DNA of 64,000 bases from an uncultured virus (IMG/VR IMGVR_UViG_3300027963_005142) (IMGVR_UViG_3300027963_005142); one strand, 5' to 3'. Counted from the stretch's first letter, positions 1 to 9,133 are shown. The notes: generated by a model not told the origin, from the sequence alone. Numbers and translations: made by a program.

Positions 1-60
1 GATGCACTCTGGCGTGCAGTTCTCGTCCGCACTGGATCAGGTGGGTGATAGATATGGATC

Positions 61-2136
61 ATGAGACACAGCAACCCTTTCATGATCCGAGAATTCATCC
101 GCCTGATCTCTGAGGCGACATCACCCGCTCCGCCAGAGCCAGCTGAGGATGACCCTGAGCTCAGTCCAGATGTGCCCCCACGGGACTTCATCCCAGGAGT
201 CACTCCGCCGCCGAGGCCTGCCCAGCGCAGAATAGCACCGAGCAGGCCGAAGGCAGAGAAGGCGGGAGGCGGCGCTCCGGGGACTGAGGAGAATCTGGTC
301 GATGTTCTGAAGCAGGTAGGGACAAAGGGAGTTGAGGCCCTGCTCGCATCGATCGCTGCAAAAGACATGTCAGTCGTCTCAGGTGACGTTGAGATCTCGC
401 AGCGGGCAGCGCTCGAACGAGTCACAAACTCTATCAACCGCCTGAGTCAGTTCAGCGGAATCGAGCTCTGGACGCTCCCGCAAGAAGATCCGACTGTCCA
501 GGAGATGATCCAGAAGAGAGAGGAGCTCCTGAAGAGGATCGCTACATCGCTCCCAGCGGCCGGAATGGTTTCAGATGCTCCGACTCCCTCTCAGGTCGAG
601 GGCGCATTAATCTCTGCTGGACTGTTCGGAAGAGCTGTCCCAGTCGAAGTTTCTGCCGAGGTCGCCGCGAACGCTCTCGCAGGAATCGTCTACCGGCAGC
701 TCACAGGGACAGGCGGAGGCAAGAAGGGTGTTGCCCTCGACAAGGGTGCCTTTGAGGCGATGCTCAAAGAGATCGGAGCTGGACTCGTGGAGAACGCAGG
801 GGAACCCGTCTTCTCTGCTGGCAGAAAGACAACATCTTTCTCAGCCCTCAATGTGGACTCAAAGGTGAAGGCAGGAAAAGGGACAGCGAAGCTCGGGATC
901 CCTTACGGCATCGCTGCAGCTTCGCTGTCTGAGCCATCCGCCATCTCTGACTATGTTGGTCTCGTCGACATTGCGCTGGGCGACACTGAGAAGAGGATCG
1001 CCGAAGCGGGCAAGGAGGTTGAGATGCCCCAGGAGGTCCCAGTCACCGGCCCCGACCCTGAGGCGCTCGCAGCTGCTGAGGCGCTCCGATCTGAGAGCGG
1101 CGGAGATGACGAGGAAGAAGCGATCAAGAAGTACATGAAGGCGAACCCCGACTCGAACGCTACCTCAGAAGTAAAGAGGCAGCTTGGAGGCTGGAAGGCG
1201 AAGGCCGGTCCGGACGGGAAGACGACCTTCGTCAACGACTTCGACAGGAAGCTGAAGCCTGATGCTGTCAAGCGAGTCGTTGACGCCTTCCTCAGCAGAG
1301 TGCTCGAAGACGAGGATCTCGATCCAGACGACCGTGAGGTGATCGAGGGGATGTTTGAGGACTTCAAGAGCGGGACGCCCGCTCAGCAAGTTGACGCCAT
1401 AGTCAAGGTGCTTGCAGTAGCAGGAGGAGATGACGCTGTCCTCGACTACGACCAGGTGTCTTACTCTGTCATCTTCGCCCAGGGAGTTGAGACCTTGATC
1501 GACAACGTCGTCGAAGATCTGATAGATACAGCTGAGGCGCTGAAGGATGATCCAGTATTCGACGGGATGCGGGAGACGCTGGAGCGCGGTCTTGAGAGCA
1601 TGTCAAGGAAGACACTTGTCGATGCAGCGATGAAGGCGCTGATCGAGAGCCCGCAGTTTCAGGACAAGCTCGAGCGTCTCGATGCAGGTGATCTCGAGGA
1701 TGAGCTCGGTCCGCTAGGAGTCGCATCAGCCAGGGACGCAGTCGAGGCGCTGAAGAGTGGCGACAAAGAGGTCTACAAAGCACTACAAGCTGCGGCCCTC
1801 GCGGCCGGTTCTCCGGAGGCTTCGATCGTCCTCGACCTCAAGAACGCTGTCTCTTCAGGAGCAAAGTTCGCCGGATTCATGCGCGCGCTGAACACGCTCT
1901 TCCAGGCTGGCTTCTCTCCCGCAGGCATCCGGCAGGTCTTCGGACTCCCTTCAGCGTCATCGGGGCGGGTGAAGGCGGGTGGTGCTGTTGATGACGAGAC
2001 AGTTCGTGGAGGGCTGGCGATGAAGATTCTCGGAAGCATCAAGCCTGAGGACAAGGCAGCCAAGAAGGCTCTCGCATCCTTCCGTGCCAAGCTAGAAGAC
2101 GCCTACTCAGCATCTGCCGGGTCGTCTGGGCTGTAA
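61..2136 (+). CDS. Large acidic hypothetical protein, possibly virion-internal; degenerate leader (MIREFIRLISE)
   Basis: 691-aa ORF; ATAGATA box at 48-54; Pro-rich N-terminus; no catalytic motif recognised. Confidence 0.75.
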   Translation: MRHSNPFMIREFIRLISEATSPAPPEPAEDDPELSPDVPPRDFIPGVTPPPRPAQRRIAPSRPKAEKAGGGAPGTEENLVDVLKQVGTKGVEALLASIAAKDMSVVSGDVEISQRAALERVTNSINRLSQFSGIELWTLPQEDPTVQEMIQKREELLKRIATSLPAAGMVSDAPTPSQVEGALISAGLFGRAVPVEVSAEVAANALAGIVYRQLTGTGGGKKGVALDKGAFEAMLKEIGAGLVENAGEPVFSAGRKTTSFSALNVDSKVKAGKGTAKLGIPYGIAAASLSEPSAISDYVGLVDIALGDTEKRIAEAGKEVEMPQEVPVTGPDPEALAAAEALRSESGGDDEEEAIKKYMKANPDSNATSEVKRQLGGWKAKAGPDGKTTFVNDFDRKLKPDAVKRVVDAFLSRVLEDEDLDPDDREVIEGMFEDFKSGTPAQQVDAIVKVLAVAGGDDAVLDYDQVSYSVIFAQGVETLIDNVVEDLIDTAEALKDDPVFDGMRETLERGLESMSRKTLVDAAMKALIESPQFQDKLERLDAGDLEDELGPLGVASARDAVEALKSGDKEVYKALQAAALAAGSPEASIVLDLKNAVSSGAKFAGFMRALNTLFQAGFSPAGIRQVFGLPSASSGRVKAGGAVDDETVRGGLAMKILGSIKPEDKAAKKALASFRAKLEDAYSASAGSSGL

Positions 2137-2161
2137 GCGCCCAGCACCCGTGCATCCACCC

Positions 2162-2192
2162 GAGCCCCGTGTACTATATCTACACGGGGCTC
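2162..2192. promoter_or_regulatory. Perfect 12-bp stem hairpin (terminator or promoter-sequestering) upstream of the GIY-YIG gene
   Basis: gagccccgtgta-ctatatc-tacacggggctc; TACTAT spans the stem/loop junction. Confidence 0.6.
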
Positions 2193-2238
2193 TTAGTGCA
2201 TCACCCCGCAGCGCCGAGACGCGAAGGAGACAACGAAG

Positions 2239-2850
2239 ATGACGGCAGGTAGTGTAACGCAGGTGTGGGAGTACAGTGACTGGAGCGGGATCCCGCTGCG
2301 CCAGATGCGGGGTTCCGTGCTGGCTGAGATCGGATCGCGGCGGCTCCCAGCGCTGGGCGACATGACGGTGACACAGCTGATGGGCATGTCGCTGGGCGGG
2401 GATCCGAGCCCGGTGGGGATCTACATCTGGACCGACGGCGACAAGATCATGTACCTAGGCAAGACCCACGGGCGATCGCTGGCGGAGCGGATCGTCACCC
2501 ACCTGGACAGTCGCGAGCCGCAGGGTGACGGCTGGTCGATGTCCTGCTGTGCGGCAGCGCTGGCGACCCAGCGGGGTGTGGGCCGAGATGCTGCGGTGCA
2601 GGAGATGCTCAGCTGGAAGACGCTCTGGCTCCGGATCCCACCCCCTGCCGAGGGCTTCCACCAGGAGCACATCGCGGTGGTCGAGGGGCGGCTCAAGTGG
2701 GTCGAGTGCCTGGATCCCCTGCTCGTCTCAAACGCTGACCGGGTCCGCACCTGGTTCAGCCACAAGGGGCACCGCGAGGTGCGGTCTGGGGCAACCCAGG
2801 CTGGGGATGAGAGTTGGATCATCGCGCACAAGGAGAGGCTCCAGGCGTAG
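2239..2850 (+). CDS. GIY-YIG nuclease-family protein
   Basis: GIYIWTDGDKIMYLGKT...SLAERIVTH motif; AAGGAG Shine-Dalgarno upstream. Confidence 0.7.
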   Translation: MTAGSVTQVWEYSDWSGIPLRQMRGSVLAEIGSRRLPALGDMTVTQLMGMSLGGDPSPVGIYIWTDGDKIMYLGKTHGRSLAERIVTHLDSREPQGDGWSMSCCAAALATQRGVGRDAAVQEMLSWKTLWLRIPPPAEGFHQEHIAVVEGRLKWVECLDPLLVSNADRVRTWFSHKGHREVRSGATQAGDESWIIAHKERLQA

Positions 2851-2857
2851 ATCGGCG

Positions 2858-3121
2858 ATGAGCAAGGACGAGCAGGGAGCGCTGAAGCGGTCGCTAGGGA
2901 GGAGCCGTGAGCGCTTCCTGTCGCTGCCGGAGCTGGACGAGCTTCTGGATCGGGGCCCAGCGGATCTCTGGGCCCACTACGATCCGAGATCGTCGCTCTA
3001 TGCCGGTGATGTGCCACACATCGCGATCATCACTCCGTCGGGCATCATCCCGCCCAAGTTCCTGCGGTGGGTGGCAAAACCCTGGCACTCTCAGCACTGC
3101 AGTCGCCGCGGACGGCGATAG
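2858..3121 (+). CDS. Hypothetical protein, 87 aa (MSKDEQGALK...)
   Basis: ATG at 2858 just after the upstream stop; 3' part of track ORF 2525..3121. Confidence 0.55.
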   Translation: MSKDEQGALKRSLGRSRERFLSLPELDELLDRGPADLWAHYDPRSSLYAGDVPHIAIITPSGIIPPKFLRWVAKPWHSQHCSRRGRR

Positions 3122-3145
3122 ATAGCGCTCAGGAGCTTAGAGCAC

Positions 3146-4030
3146 ATGGACAAGAAGAGACTGGCGAGGATAGTGAAGGAAGAGGTGCAGAACCTCTTCG
3201 AGATGTACGGACGCCGTGGCATGGGAGGCGGTCGCAGACCCGCTGCGCCCTATGGCTATGGAATGGGTCCCTACGACTCAACCAAGGGTGAGCCTGAGAT
3301 CGATCCCTTTGAAGCGGGCACAGGTCGCTACGGGACTCGCAGACCCGCCGGGCCGCCGTCGCTGATGAGTGCCGGCCTTTCGAGAACTCAGGGAGAGCTC
3401 TTCGTCCTGCCGAAGACAGGTCTCTTTAACATCAGGCTCTACGACGACAACCTCGACGCTGTCGGATCAGAGGTGGAGAGAAAGCTGTACGAGATGCCTG
3501 AGGATGGAGTTGTTCGCGTCAGGATCGTCAACTTCAGCCGCCAGTCGGATGTTGAAGGGACGCTAGAGGTCAAGGCTGTGTCAGAGCCGGGCAGAAACGT
3601 CTTGAAGGGTTACGAAGCGACGATCAAGATGGGTGGAACAGAGTTCACAGGGATGGGCCAGAGAGCCGCTGATGCGATCGCTGCTGCAGACGATGCGCGG
3701 GCTTCTGGTTCGACCGGCGGGTCCGAGATGGGACCTGGACCGATGGAGCCCATGTCCGAGTCGCGCTGGGGTCAGCTCGCTGGGTTGATGACTGAAGGCC
3801 GTAAGAGCTCTGGCGAAGTGAAGCTCTACTCTGCAAGTGCAGAAGGCTACTCCGATGATGAACTCAGCATCGCCAAGGATTCGGGACTCGATCTCAAGGG
3901 CGAGAGGCTTATCGGTAGAGTGAGGCAGCACAAGGACTTCTACAACGCGCTCATGCGGCACCACAAGAAAGGTTCTGGTCCGCAATCTTTTGACCCGTTC
4001 GACAAGGATGACCTTGATCCTGTTGACTAA
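3146..4030 (+). CDS. Leader-family hypothetical protein (MDKKRLARIVKEEVQNLFE) with internal SESRWGQLAG motif
   Basis: 294-aa ORF; ATAGATA box at 3118-3124; AGGAG SD. Confidence 0.8.
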   Translation: MDKKRLARIVKEEVQNLFEMYGRRGMGGGRRPAAPYGYGMGPYDSTKGEPEIDPFEAGTGRYGTRRPAGPPSLMSAGLSRTQGELFVLPKTGLFNIRLYDDNLDAVGSEVERKLYEMPEDGVVRVRIVNFSRQSDVEGTLEVKAVSEPGRNVLKGYEATIKMGGTEFTGMGQRAADAIAAADDARASGSTGGSEMGPGPMEPMSESRWGQLAGLMTEGRKSSGEVKLYSASAEGYSDDELSIAKDSGLDLKGERLIGRVRQHKDFYNALMRHHKKGSGPQSFDPFDKDDLDPVD

Positions 4031-4056
4031 CTGAGCGGCAGCACTCGGACCTGAGC

Positions 4057-4084
4057 CAGCCCTGATCACCTCAGGGCTGTTCTC
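4057..4084 (+). terminator. Probable intrinsic terminator
   Basis: cagccctga-tcacc-tcagggctg followed by a pyrimidine tract. Confidence 0.5.
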
Positions 4085-4124
4085 GTCTCTGCTCGCGGAG
4101 ATAGATACAGGAAGGAGCATCCTG

Positions 4125-4916
4125 ATGATCACCGAGCATGTCCAGAACAATCACGGCTACACTGTGCGGTCGATGACCGACGTCCTGTGGGACCCAGCAC
4201 TTCACTCGCGGATCCCCTTCCGCGACAACCCTTTCGTCGGCGGCTCCCCCGCCTTCGACGACTGGCAGAACGACGGCTCAACTGAGGAGCGGGTCCCGAT
4301 GAAGATCAACATCGGCACCCCCGACGAGAAGAAGATCTTCCCGATGCGGGACACCTACGCTCGACCCAAGCTGGAGGGCAGGTCAGGCGACTTCGTCATC
4401 ATCCCGACCCTGTGGGCCCGCGGCGAGGAACGGGTGTTCCAGATCGTCGGACAGTCAGGAGGCAGTGCCCAGCACATCGCTGGGACACCGAGCCTGGGCG
4501 GCTTCGACCTTGCTCTGATCGACCTCCGCGATGTGATGAGTCGCAGCATCATCACCGGCGTTGGAGCAGCGTTCATCCGCAAGGTCTCAGGCCCTGCCGG
4601 CAGCCGAGGCGGTGATGCTTCACCTGAGGAGATCGCTTTCGACCGGGCAAGGGACTACATGGCTGAGAAGTACAAGGAGCCGTCGAACCCAGGGTCAGAG
4701 TCTCCTCTCAGCAGCGAGCCGTCGCGGCCGCCTGAACGCCGTACCGTGCTCCGTCGGCCTGGCGCTGCTGATCCCCTCGCCACCATGCAGGCCCAGCAGC
4801 GTCGGGCAGCACCGATGACACCTGACGAGCGGAGTCGGCTCCTCCGCCGAGAAGGAGCAGAGGCACTGGTAGCTGAGGCTGTCGCTGAGATCCTACAGAG
4901 CCTGAGATCCCGATGA
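4125..4916 (+). CDS. Hypothetical protein
   Basis: 263-aa ORF; ATAGATA at 4101-4107; AAGGAG SD. Confidence 0.75.
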   Translation: MITEHVQNNHGYTVRSMTDVLWDPALHSRIPFRDNPFVGGSPAFDDWQNDGSTEERVPMKINIGTPDEKKIFPMRDTYARPKLEGRSGDFVIIPTLWARGEERVFQIVGQSGGSAQHIAGTPSLGGFDLALIDLRDVMSRSIITGVGAAFIRKVSGPAGSRGGDASPEEIAFDRARDYMAEKYKEPSNPGSESPLSSEPSRPPERRTVLRRPGAADPLATMQAQQRRAAPMTPDERSRLLRREGAEALVAEAVAEILQSLRSR

Positions 4917-5182
4917 CGCTCGAGGAACTGATGGCGGATCTCCAGCGGCAGATCTCTGAGGGACAGCAGAAGCTCAAGGACGCCGACAAGGAGCTCACTG
5001 AGGCTGAGGCTGAGGCTCTACTCGAAGAGACTGTGGAGATCTTCAGCAAGATGATGAAGAACCCACTTCACCCTGTCCCCGACACTCCAGCTGGGATCCT
5101 CGCCAACACCCTGATGGCGATCGCCTCAGGAGCTGGCACAGGGCTCGACGACAACGATATCGCCTACACGATCCCACTCTGA
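4913..5182 (+). CDS. Small acidic coiled-coil hypothetical protein
   Basis: ATGA overlap with the upstream stop; heptad-like helix. Confidence 0.65.
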   Translation: MTLEELMADLQRQISEGQQKLKDADKELTEAEAEALLEETVEIFSKMMKNPLHPVPDTPAGILANTLMAIASGAGTGLDDNDIAYTIPL

Positions 5183-5209
5183 GATAGATAAGACAGAGAG
5201 GTAGAGAAG

Positions 5210-5959
5210 ATGCGGATCACCGGTAGAGCCCTGAGACAGATTATCCGCGAGACGCTCACCGCTGAGGGACCGCTTGCGGGTGTGGGTGACTACAGCACTG
5301 ACCCGATCCCAGCCTACCACAGGAAGCGGGGGATGCGGAAGGACAGGCCCTCGATCGGGAGGCGGACACTGCGACAGCCAGAGGGTCGGGCGGAGGCGGA
5401 GGTGCTCTTCAAGAACACTGCCGACAACTGGGTCATCGTGACGCTGGACCATGTCGACTCGGCGGGTGAGATCTTCACATCACCCCGCTTCGATGCCTGG
5501 CTCGCGAGGCAGAAGTTCCCGCCCGATGCCCGGATCCTGGTGATCAGCGGGTCACCCTACAAGGGCGACTTCACCTCGGTGCAGTGGACAGTGGCCCACG
5601 ACATCATCGGCCACACCCTGGCAGACTGGACATCCAAGTTCTTCACGGCGCCTGAGAAGCGGCACCTGCTGGGTGATGCGAAGGGCGTCGCCACTGCCGC
5701 GATCCTCAGCCTCCTGCCCAAGTCGAAGTGGGTCGGCGACGATGCTGATGACCTGCCCGACGCCCTTGCCGGTCTCTTCTTCGGGGATGTGACAGCAGTC
5801 GCGGCGAAGACGGCCGCCCAGGAGCTGACCTCAGCCTTCCCGTCTCTCGCTCATCTCACTGATGCCGTCGGCGAGGTCATAGACATCTACGACCGCGGGA
5901 TCAAGGACTGGATCGACAACATCCCGCCGGGGCGACCTATCACGATCAGACCCTTCTAA
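5210..5959 (+). CDS. Leader-family protein, paralog A (AHDIIGH motif)
   Basis: Leader MRITGRALRQIIRETLTAE; colinear similarity to 5968..6738. Confidence 0.85.
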   Translation: MRITGRALRQIIRETLTAEGPLAGVGDYSTDPIPAYHRKRGMRKDRPSIGRRTLRQPEGRAEAEVLFKNTADNWVIVTLDHVDSAGEIFTSPRFDAWLARQKFPPDARILVISGSPYKGDFTSVQWTVAHDIIGHTLADWTSKFFTAPEKRHLLGDAKGVATAAILSLLPKSKWVGDDADDLPDALAGLFFGDVTAVAAKTAAQELTSAFPSLAHLTDAVGEVIDIYDRGIKDWIDNIPPGRPITIRPF

Positions 5960-5967
5960 GGAGAACC

Positions 5968-6738
5968 ATGAGGATCACAGGCAGAGAACTGAGACAGCTC
6001 ATCAGAGAGACCCTGATGCAGGAGGTGCCCATCGTCTTTGGACCCGACGACTCCGCCACCGACTACAGGACGCCGCCACTGGACCCAGAGGATCGGCGAA
6101 TCGGGGCGAAGAAGATGGGCTCGATCGGACGGCGGCGGCTGCGGAAGCCTGAGGGCCGTGCAGAAGCACGAGCTCTGTTCCTCAACACGCCCGACAACTG
6201 GGCGATCGTCACCCTGGACAATGTGAGCTTCGCTGAGGACTACCTCGACAGCGACCAGTTCAAGCTGTGGATCGCGCAGCAGCGCTTCCCGAAGGAGACA
6301 CGGATCCTCGTCGTCGGAGGGCAACCCTACAAGGGTGACTTCACCTCGACGCGTTGGGCGGTCGCTCACGACATCATCGGCCACACAATCCACAACTGGG
6401 TCGCCACAATGATCACCTCCTCGGGCGGCTTCGCCGACATGTCTGAGGAAGCTCACCGCGCGCGAGGCATTGTCGCAGCAGCGATCCTCAAGCAGCTCCC
6501 GCCGCAGAAGCGTCCCGGCAAGACGGGTGATGAGATCCCTGATGCGCTCGCTGCGGTGTTCTTCGGCGAGGTGGATCTGGAGCGGGCCCGGCAGGACGCT
6601 CACTTCGTCGTTGACCGATCCGGTGATCCCGACCTGCATAGGGACGTCGACTGGGCTCTGGACGCCTACCGTGACGGTGTCCCCCAGTGGATCGCCTCGA
6701 TCCCGGTCGATAAGCCGACCCCAGTCTACCCGTTCTAA
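5968..6738 (+). CDS. Leader-family protein, paralog B (AHDIIGH motif)
   Basis: Leader MRITGRELRQLIRETLMQE; shares DNWxIVTLD, PYKGDFTS, AHDIIGHT, PDALA and terminal PF with paralog A. Confidence 0.85.
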   Translation: MRITGRELRQLIRETLMQEVPIVFGPDDSATDYRTPPLDPEDRRIGAKKMGSIGRRRLRKPEGRAEARALFLNTPDNWAIVTLDNVSFAEDYLDSDQFKLWIAQQRFPKETRILVVGGQPYKGDFTSTRWAVAHDIIGHTIHNWVATMITSSGGFADMSEEAHRARGIVAAAILKQLPPQKRPGKTGDEIPDALAAVFFGEVDLERARQDAHFVVDRSGDPDLHRDVDWALDAYRDGVPQWIASIPVDKPTPVYPF

Positions 6739-6744
6739 TACAGC

Positions 6745-7075
6745 CTGCCAGGGCTGCAGGGCAGCGCTCAGGGGCTCTGCAGGGCTGCCCGCTGCAGGGT
6801 GCCGGGCAGGGGGTTGCGCTCGCTGAAGCTAGGGGGCCGCAGAGCCAGGGGGCCCGGCCGGGGCAGAGGGAGGGGGCCCTCCAGGAGGGGGCCAGGGGGT
6901 GCCCCCCAGGGTGACAAGCCCAGTGGGGCCCTGGCTGCCCTGCCGGGCTGGCCCTAGGTCCCGCTCGCCCCTCGTCCCACCCGGGTCACTTTGAGCTCAG
7001 CCCCCGCATTAACAGGGCTGACTTGATCCCCGGGATACCCGATCCACCCAGCTCTCCCGTTCACCACCCGTGGCT
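6745..7075. other. Very GC-rich non-coding structured region (G-tracts then C-tracts)
   Basis: Repeated ctgcaggg, many G4-G5 runs, nested imperfect inverted repeats, no credible ORF. Confidence 0.55.
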
Positions 7076-7104
7076 ATGAGTTCTCGAGCATTTCCGGGAT
7101 CCCT

Positions 7105-7164
7105 GATTTTTCCCGAGAGCCCGTTTTCTCCCAAAAATTTCCGGGACAACTTGGGTCACTTTTT
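7105..7164 (+). repeat. Intergenic direct repeat, copy 1
   Basis: 7105-7146 is identical to 7625-7666 (42 bp), with an imperfect extension to tcacttttt. Confidence 0.95.
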
Positions 7165-7195
7165 CTGAGAGAATACCTAGCACCAGGAGATTCAA

Positions 7196-7519
7196 ATGAA
7201 GATCACAGGTAGACAGTTGAGACATCTCATTCGCGAGACCCTCATGAACGAGGCACCGGTAGATAGCAAGCTCATGATCAACATCATGCCTGCGACGGGC
7301 GCGGCAGCACAACTCGACGGAAAAACTGTTGAGACGATGACTGCTCTAGACCTCGAAGGCGGCGAGCGTGTTGTGACCTTGATGCAGGGTGGCAAGACGG
7401 CTTCTTTTAAGTTTACTGCTGTTGATGGAAAGAAATACCGTCTTGTCTGGGATTTTGCAACAGGCTCACATCCCCCGGGTGGTGAGATCTACAGTAAAGA
7501 ATTCACAAGACTCCCCTAG
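7196..7519 (+). CDS. Leader-family small protein
   Basis: MKITGRQLRHLIRETLMNE; ATACCTA at 7173-7179; AGGAG SD. Confidence 0.85.
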   Translation: MKITGRQLRHLIRETLMNEAPVDSKLMINIMPATGAAAQLDGKTVETMTALDLEGGERVVTLMQGGKTASFKFTAVDGKKYRLVWDFATGSHPPGGEIYSKEFTRLP

Positions 7520-7544
7520 CAGAAGAGACTTCAGGAGATCCTCA

Positions 7545-7617
7545 ATGGAGATCAAGATCCGCACACCCACTGATCGTCTGCCCATGGGCATGACGCTGGC
7601 GAGGCTAGAGTCGATGA
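7545..7617 (+). repeat. Duplicated 3' fragment of gene 7720..8367
   Basis: 73 bp matching 8278-8350 with 3 mismatches. Confidence 0.95.
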
Positions 7618-7624
7618 ATTACCC

Positions 7625-7684
7625 GATTTTTCCCGAGAGCCCGTTTTCTCCCAAAAATTTCCGGGAAAAATGGGATCACTTTTT
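7625..7684 (+). repeat. Intergenic direct repeat, copy 2, with an internal 10-bp inverted repeat
   Basis: Identical core to 7105-7146; atttttcccg (7626-7635) pairs with cgggaaaaat (7662-7671). Confidence 0.95.
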
Positions 7685-7719
7685 GACCTTCCATATGTAA
7701 CCCTGAAGAGGAATCTTAA

Positions 7720-8367
7720 ATGAGAATCAAGTCGAGTCAACTTCGCCAGATCATTCGTGAGAACCTCCGGGAGGCCTCCAAGTCACCTGTCAAAGACCCG
7801 CTTGAGAAGGCAGTCGATAGTGCGCTGATAAATGTGTATGGTGCATCGGGCCGGGACCATGCTGAGTTTCGCAAGTGGGTCTATGACAAGATGTTCCGTG
7901 AGCGTGAAGGCGGGCTCGTCGGAGTCTTTGAAGACCGTTGGCTTGGGAGTCTCGAGATGTACGACTACGTTGCTAGCCAGTTGATAGCGAATCCTCGAGC
8001 ATCCACCGTCATGCAGGTCGACCTTGAGGCCCGCCAGATCGACGTCTCCGGTTGCCCGGGTTGGCCCTCTCCTATCATGCCGCGTGACCTCTACCACATC
8101 GGTACGCTGGTCGACAAGATACCTGCGCTGAGCGCGGTCCGGGACGAGTATAAGGCCCGATTTGACGAGGAGGCGTCTTCGGGTGTTCTCTCCCGAGGCA
8201 CAGTCTTCATGATCATCGATCTGATCCTCAACAGCGCTCCCAGGGGAAATTCTGCCTACTACATTGCTGGTCCTGACATGGAGATCAAGATCCACACACC
8301 CACTGATCGTCTGCCCATGGGCATGACGCTGGCGAAACTAGAGTCGATGATTGATAAAGCCGCATGA
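7720..8367 (+). CDS. Leader-family hypothetical protein
   Basis: MRIKSSQLRQIIRENLRE; ATATGTA at 7693-7699. Confidence 0.85.
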   Translation: MRIKSSQLRQIIRENLREASKSPVKDPLEKAVDSALINVYGASGRDHAEFRKWVYDKMFREREGGLVGVFEDRWLGSLEMYDYVASQLIANPRASTVMQVDLEARQIDVSGCPGWPSPIMPRDLYHIGTLVDKIPALSAVRDEYKARFDEEASSGVLSRGTVFMIIDLILNSAPRGNSAYYIAGPDMEIKIHTPTDRLPMGMTLAKLESMIDKAA

Positions 8368-8453
8368 AGGTGCTCGCTGACACGCTGTTCAAGGCCGCCT
8401 TGATCATCTTCTTCTATCTAGTGTTCAGCGTTCCGCTGGCCCTTCTGCATTGA
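8364..8453 (+). CDS. 29-aa hydrophobic micropeptide MKVLADTLFKAALIIFFYLVFSVPLALLH
   Basis: ATGA overlap with the upstream stop; paralog at 10440..10523. Confidence 0.55.
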   Translation: MKVLADTLFKAALIIFFYLVFSVPLALLH

Positions 8454-8515
8454 GATTTTTGCTTTTCGTGAGCCGCACCAGACTTGTGCTATAGTTACCA
8501 CCATGGAGAAAAACA

Positions 8516-9133
8516 GTGAACATCAACAAAAATCGACTCCATCAGATCATCCGCGAGGAGTTCTCGGGGGCCCTACAGGAAGCAAGAACCACGATGAGGG
8601 CGCAGCGCGCTGCTGCTGCCGAAAGGCTCCGGGCGAGGGGCGCTCTCGAGACCGTCGGAGAGCTGGATGACGATCCCGGCGCGGACGGGCGCGCTTACAT
8701 CGACCAGGGCTTCCAGGCTGAGACCGGCATCGGATCTGTCGAGGACCTCGCGGCGGCTGCTGAGTCCGGGTCCGTTGACGTCTGGTCCTACTTCATGCTG
8801 GGCGGTGCAATGCCTACCACCTACACGGTCGTGCCCAAGGGTGCAAGCCCGTTCAACGATCCGGACACGGGTGGGAAGGGTTATCCCTACGTCGTCGTCA
8901 AGCCCAAGCGCTTCCTGCCCGGGGGGGAGCGGGAGCTCCAGACCGTCGTCCAGCGCGGCACCGGCGGCGGTTCACCGCCCCGGGTCATCGATCCTAGCAG
9001 CATCATGGCGATGATCACCGATGTGGTGCCTGTCGACCTCGGGGCGGGCAGCGCGGGAAAGATGATGGGCGGCGGGCTCGCTGAGTCGACTGTCCGGCGT
9101 TGGAATCTTCTCGCTGGCACGAGTCGAAAGTAG
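8516..9133 (+). CDS. Leader-family protein with C-terminal LAESTVRRWNLLAG motif
   Basis: MNINKNRLHQIIREEF; ATAGTTA at 8491-8497; GGAG SD. Confidence 0.85.
   Translation: MNINKNRLHQIIREEFSGALQEARTTMRAQRAAAAERLRARGALETVGELDDDPGADGRAYIDQGFQAETGIGSVEDLAAAAESGSVDVWSYFMLGGAMPTTYTVVPKGASPFNDPDTGGKGYPYVVVKPKRFLPGGERELQTVVQRGTGGGSPPRVIDPSSIMAMITDVVPVDLGAGSAGKMMGGGLAESTVRRWNLLAGTSRK

Noticed and set aside
951..6826. Numerous antisense or alternate-frame ORFs in the GC-rich region (e.g. 2421..3017, 3581..4150, 5956..6639)
   Set aside because: They overlap better-supported genes, are expected at high GC and have no motifs
7105..7684. CRISPR array from the 42-bp repeats
   Set aside because: Only two copies 520 bp apart with a gene between them; no spacer periodicity and no cas operon
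7389..7700. 103-aa ORF overlapping 7196..7519
   Set aside because: A shadow frame that reads through the duplicated fragment and the repeat; no RBS
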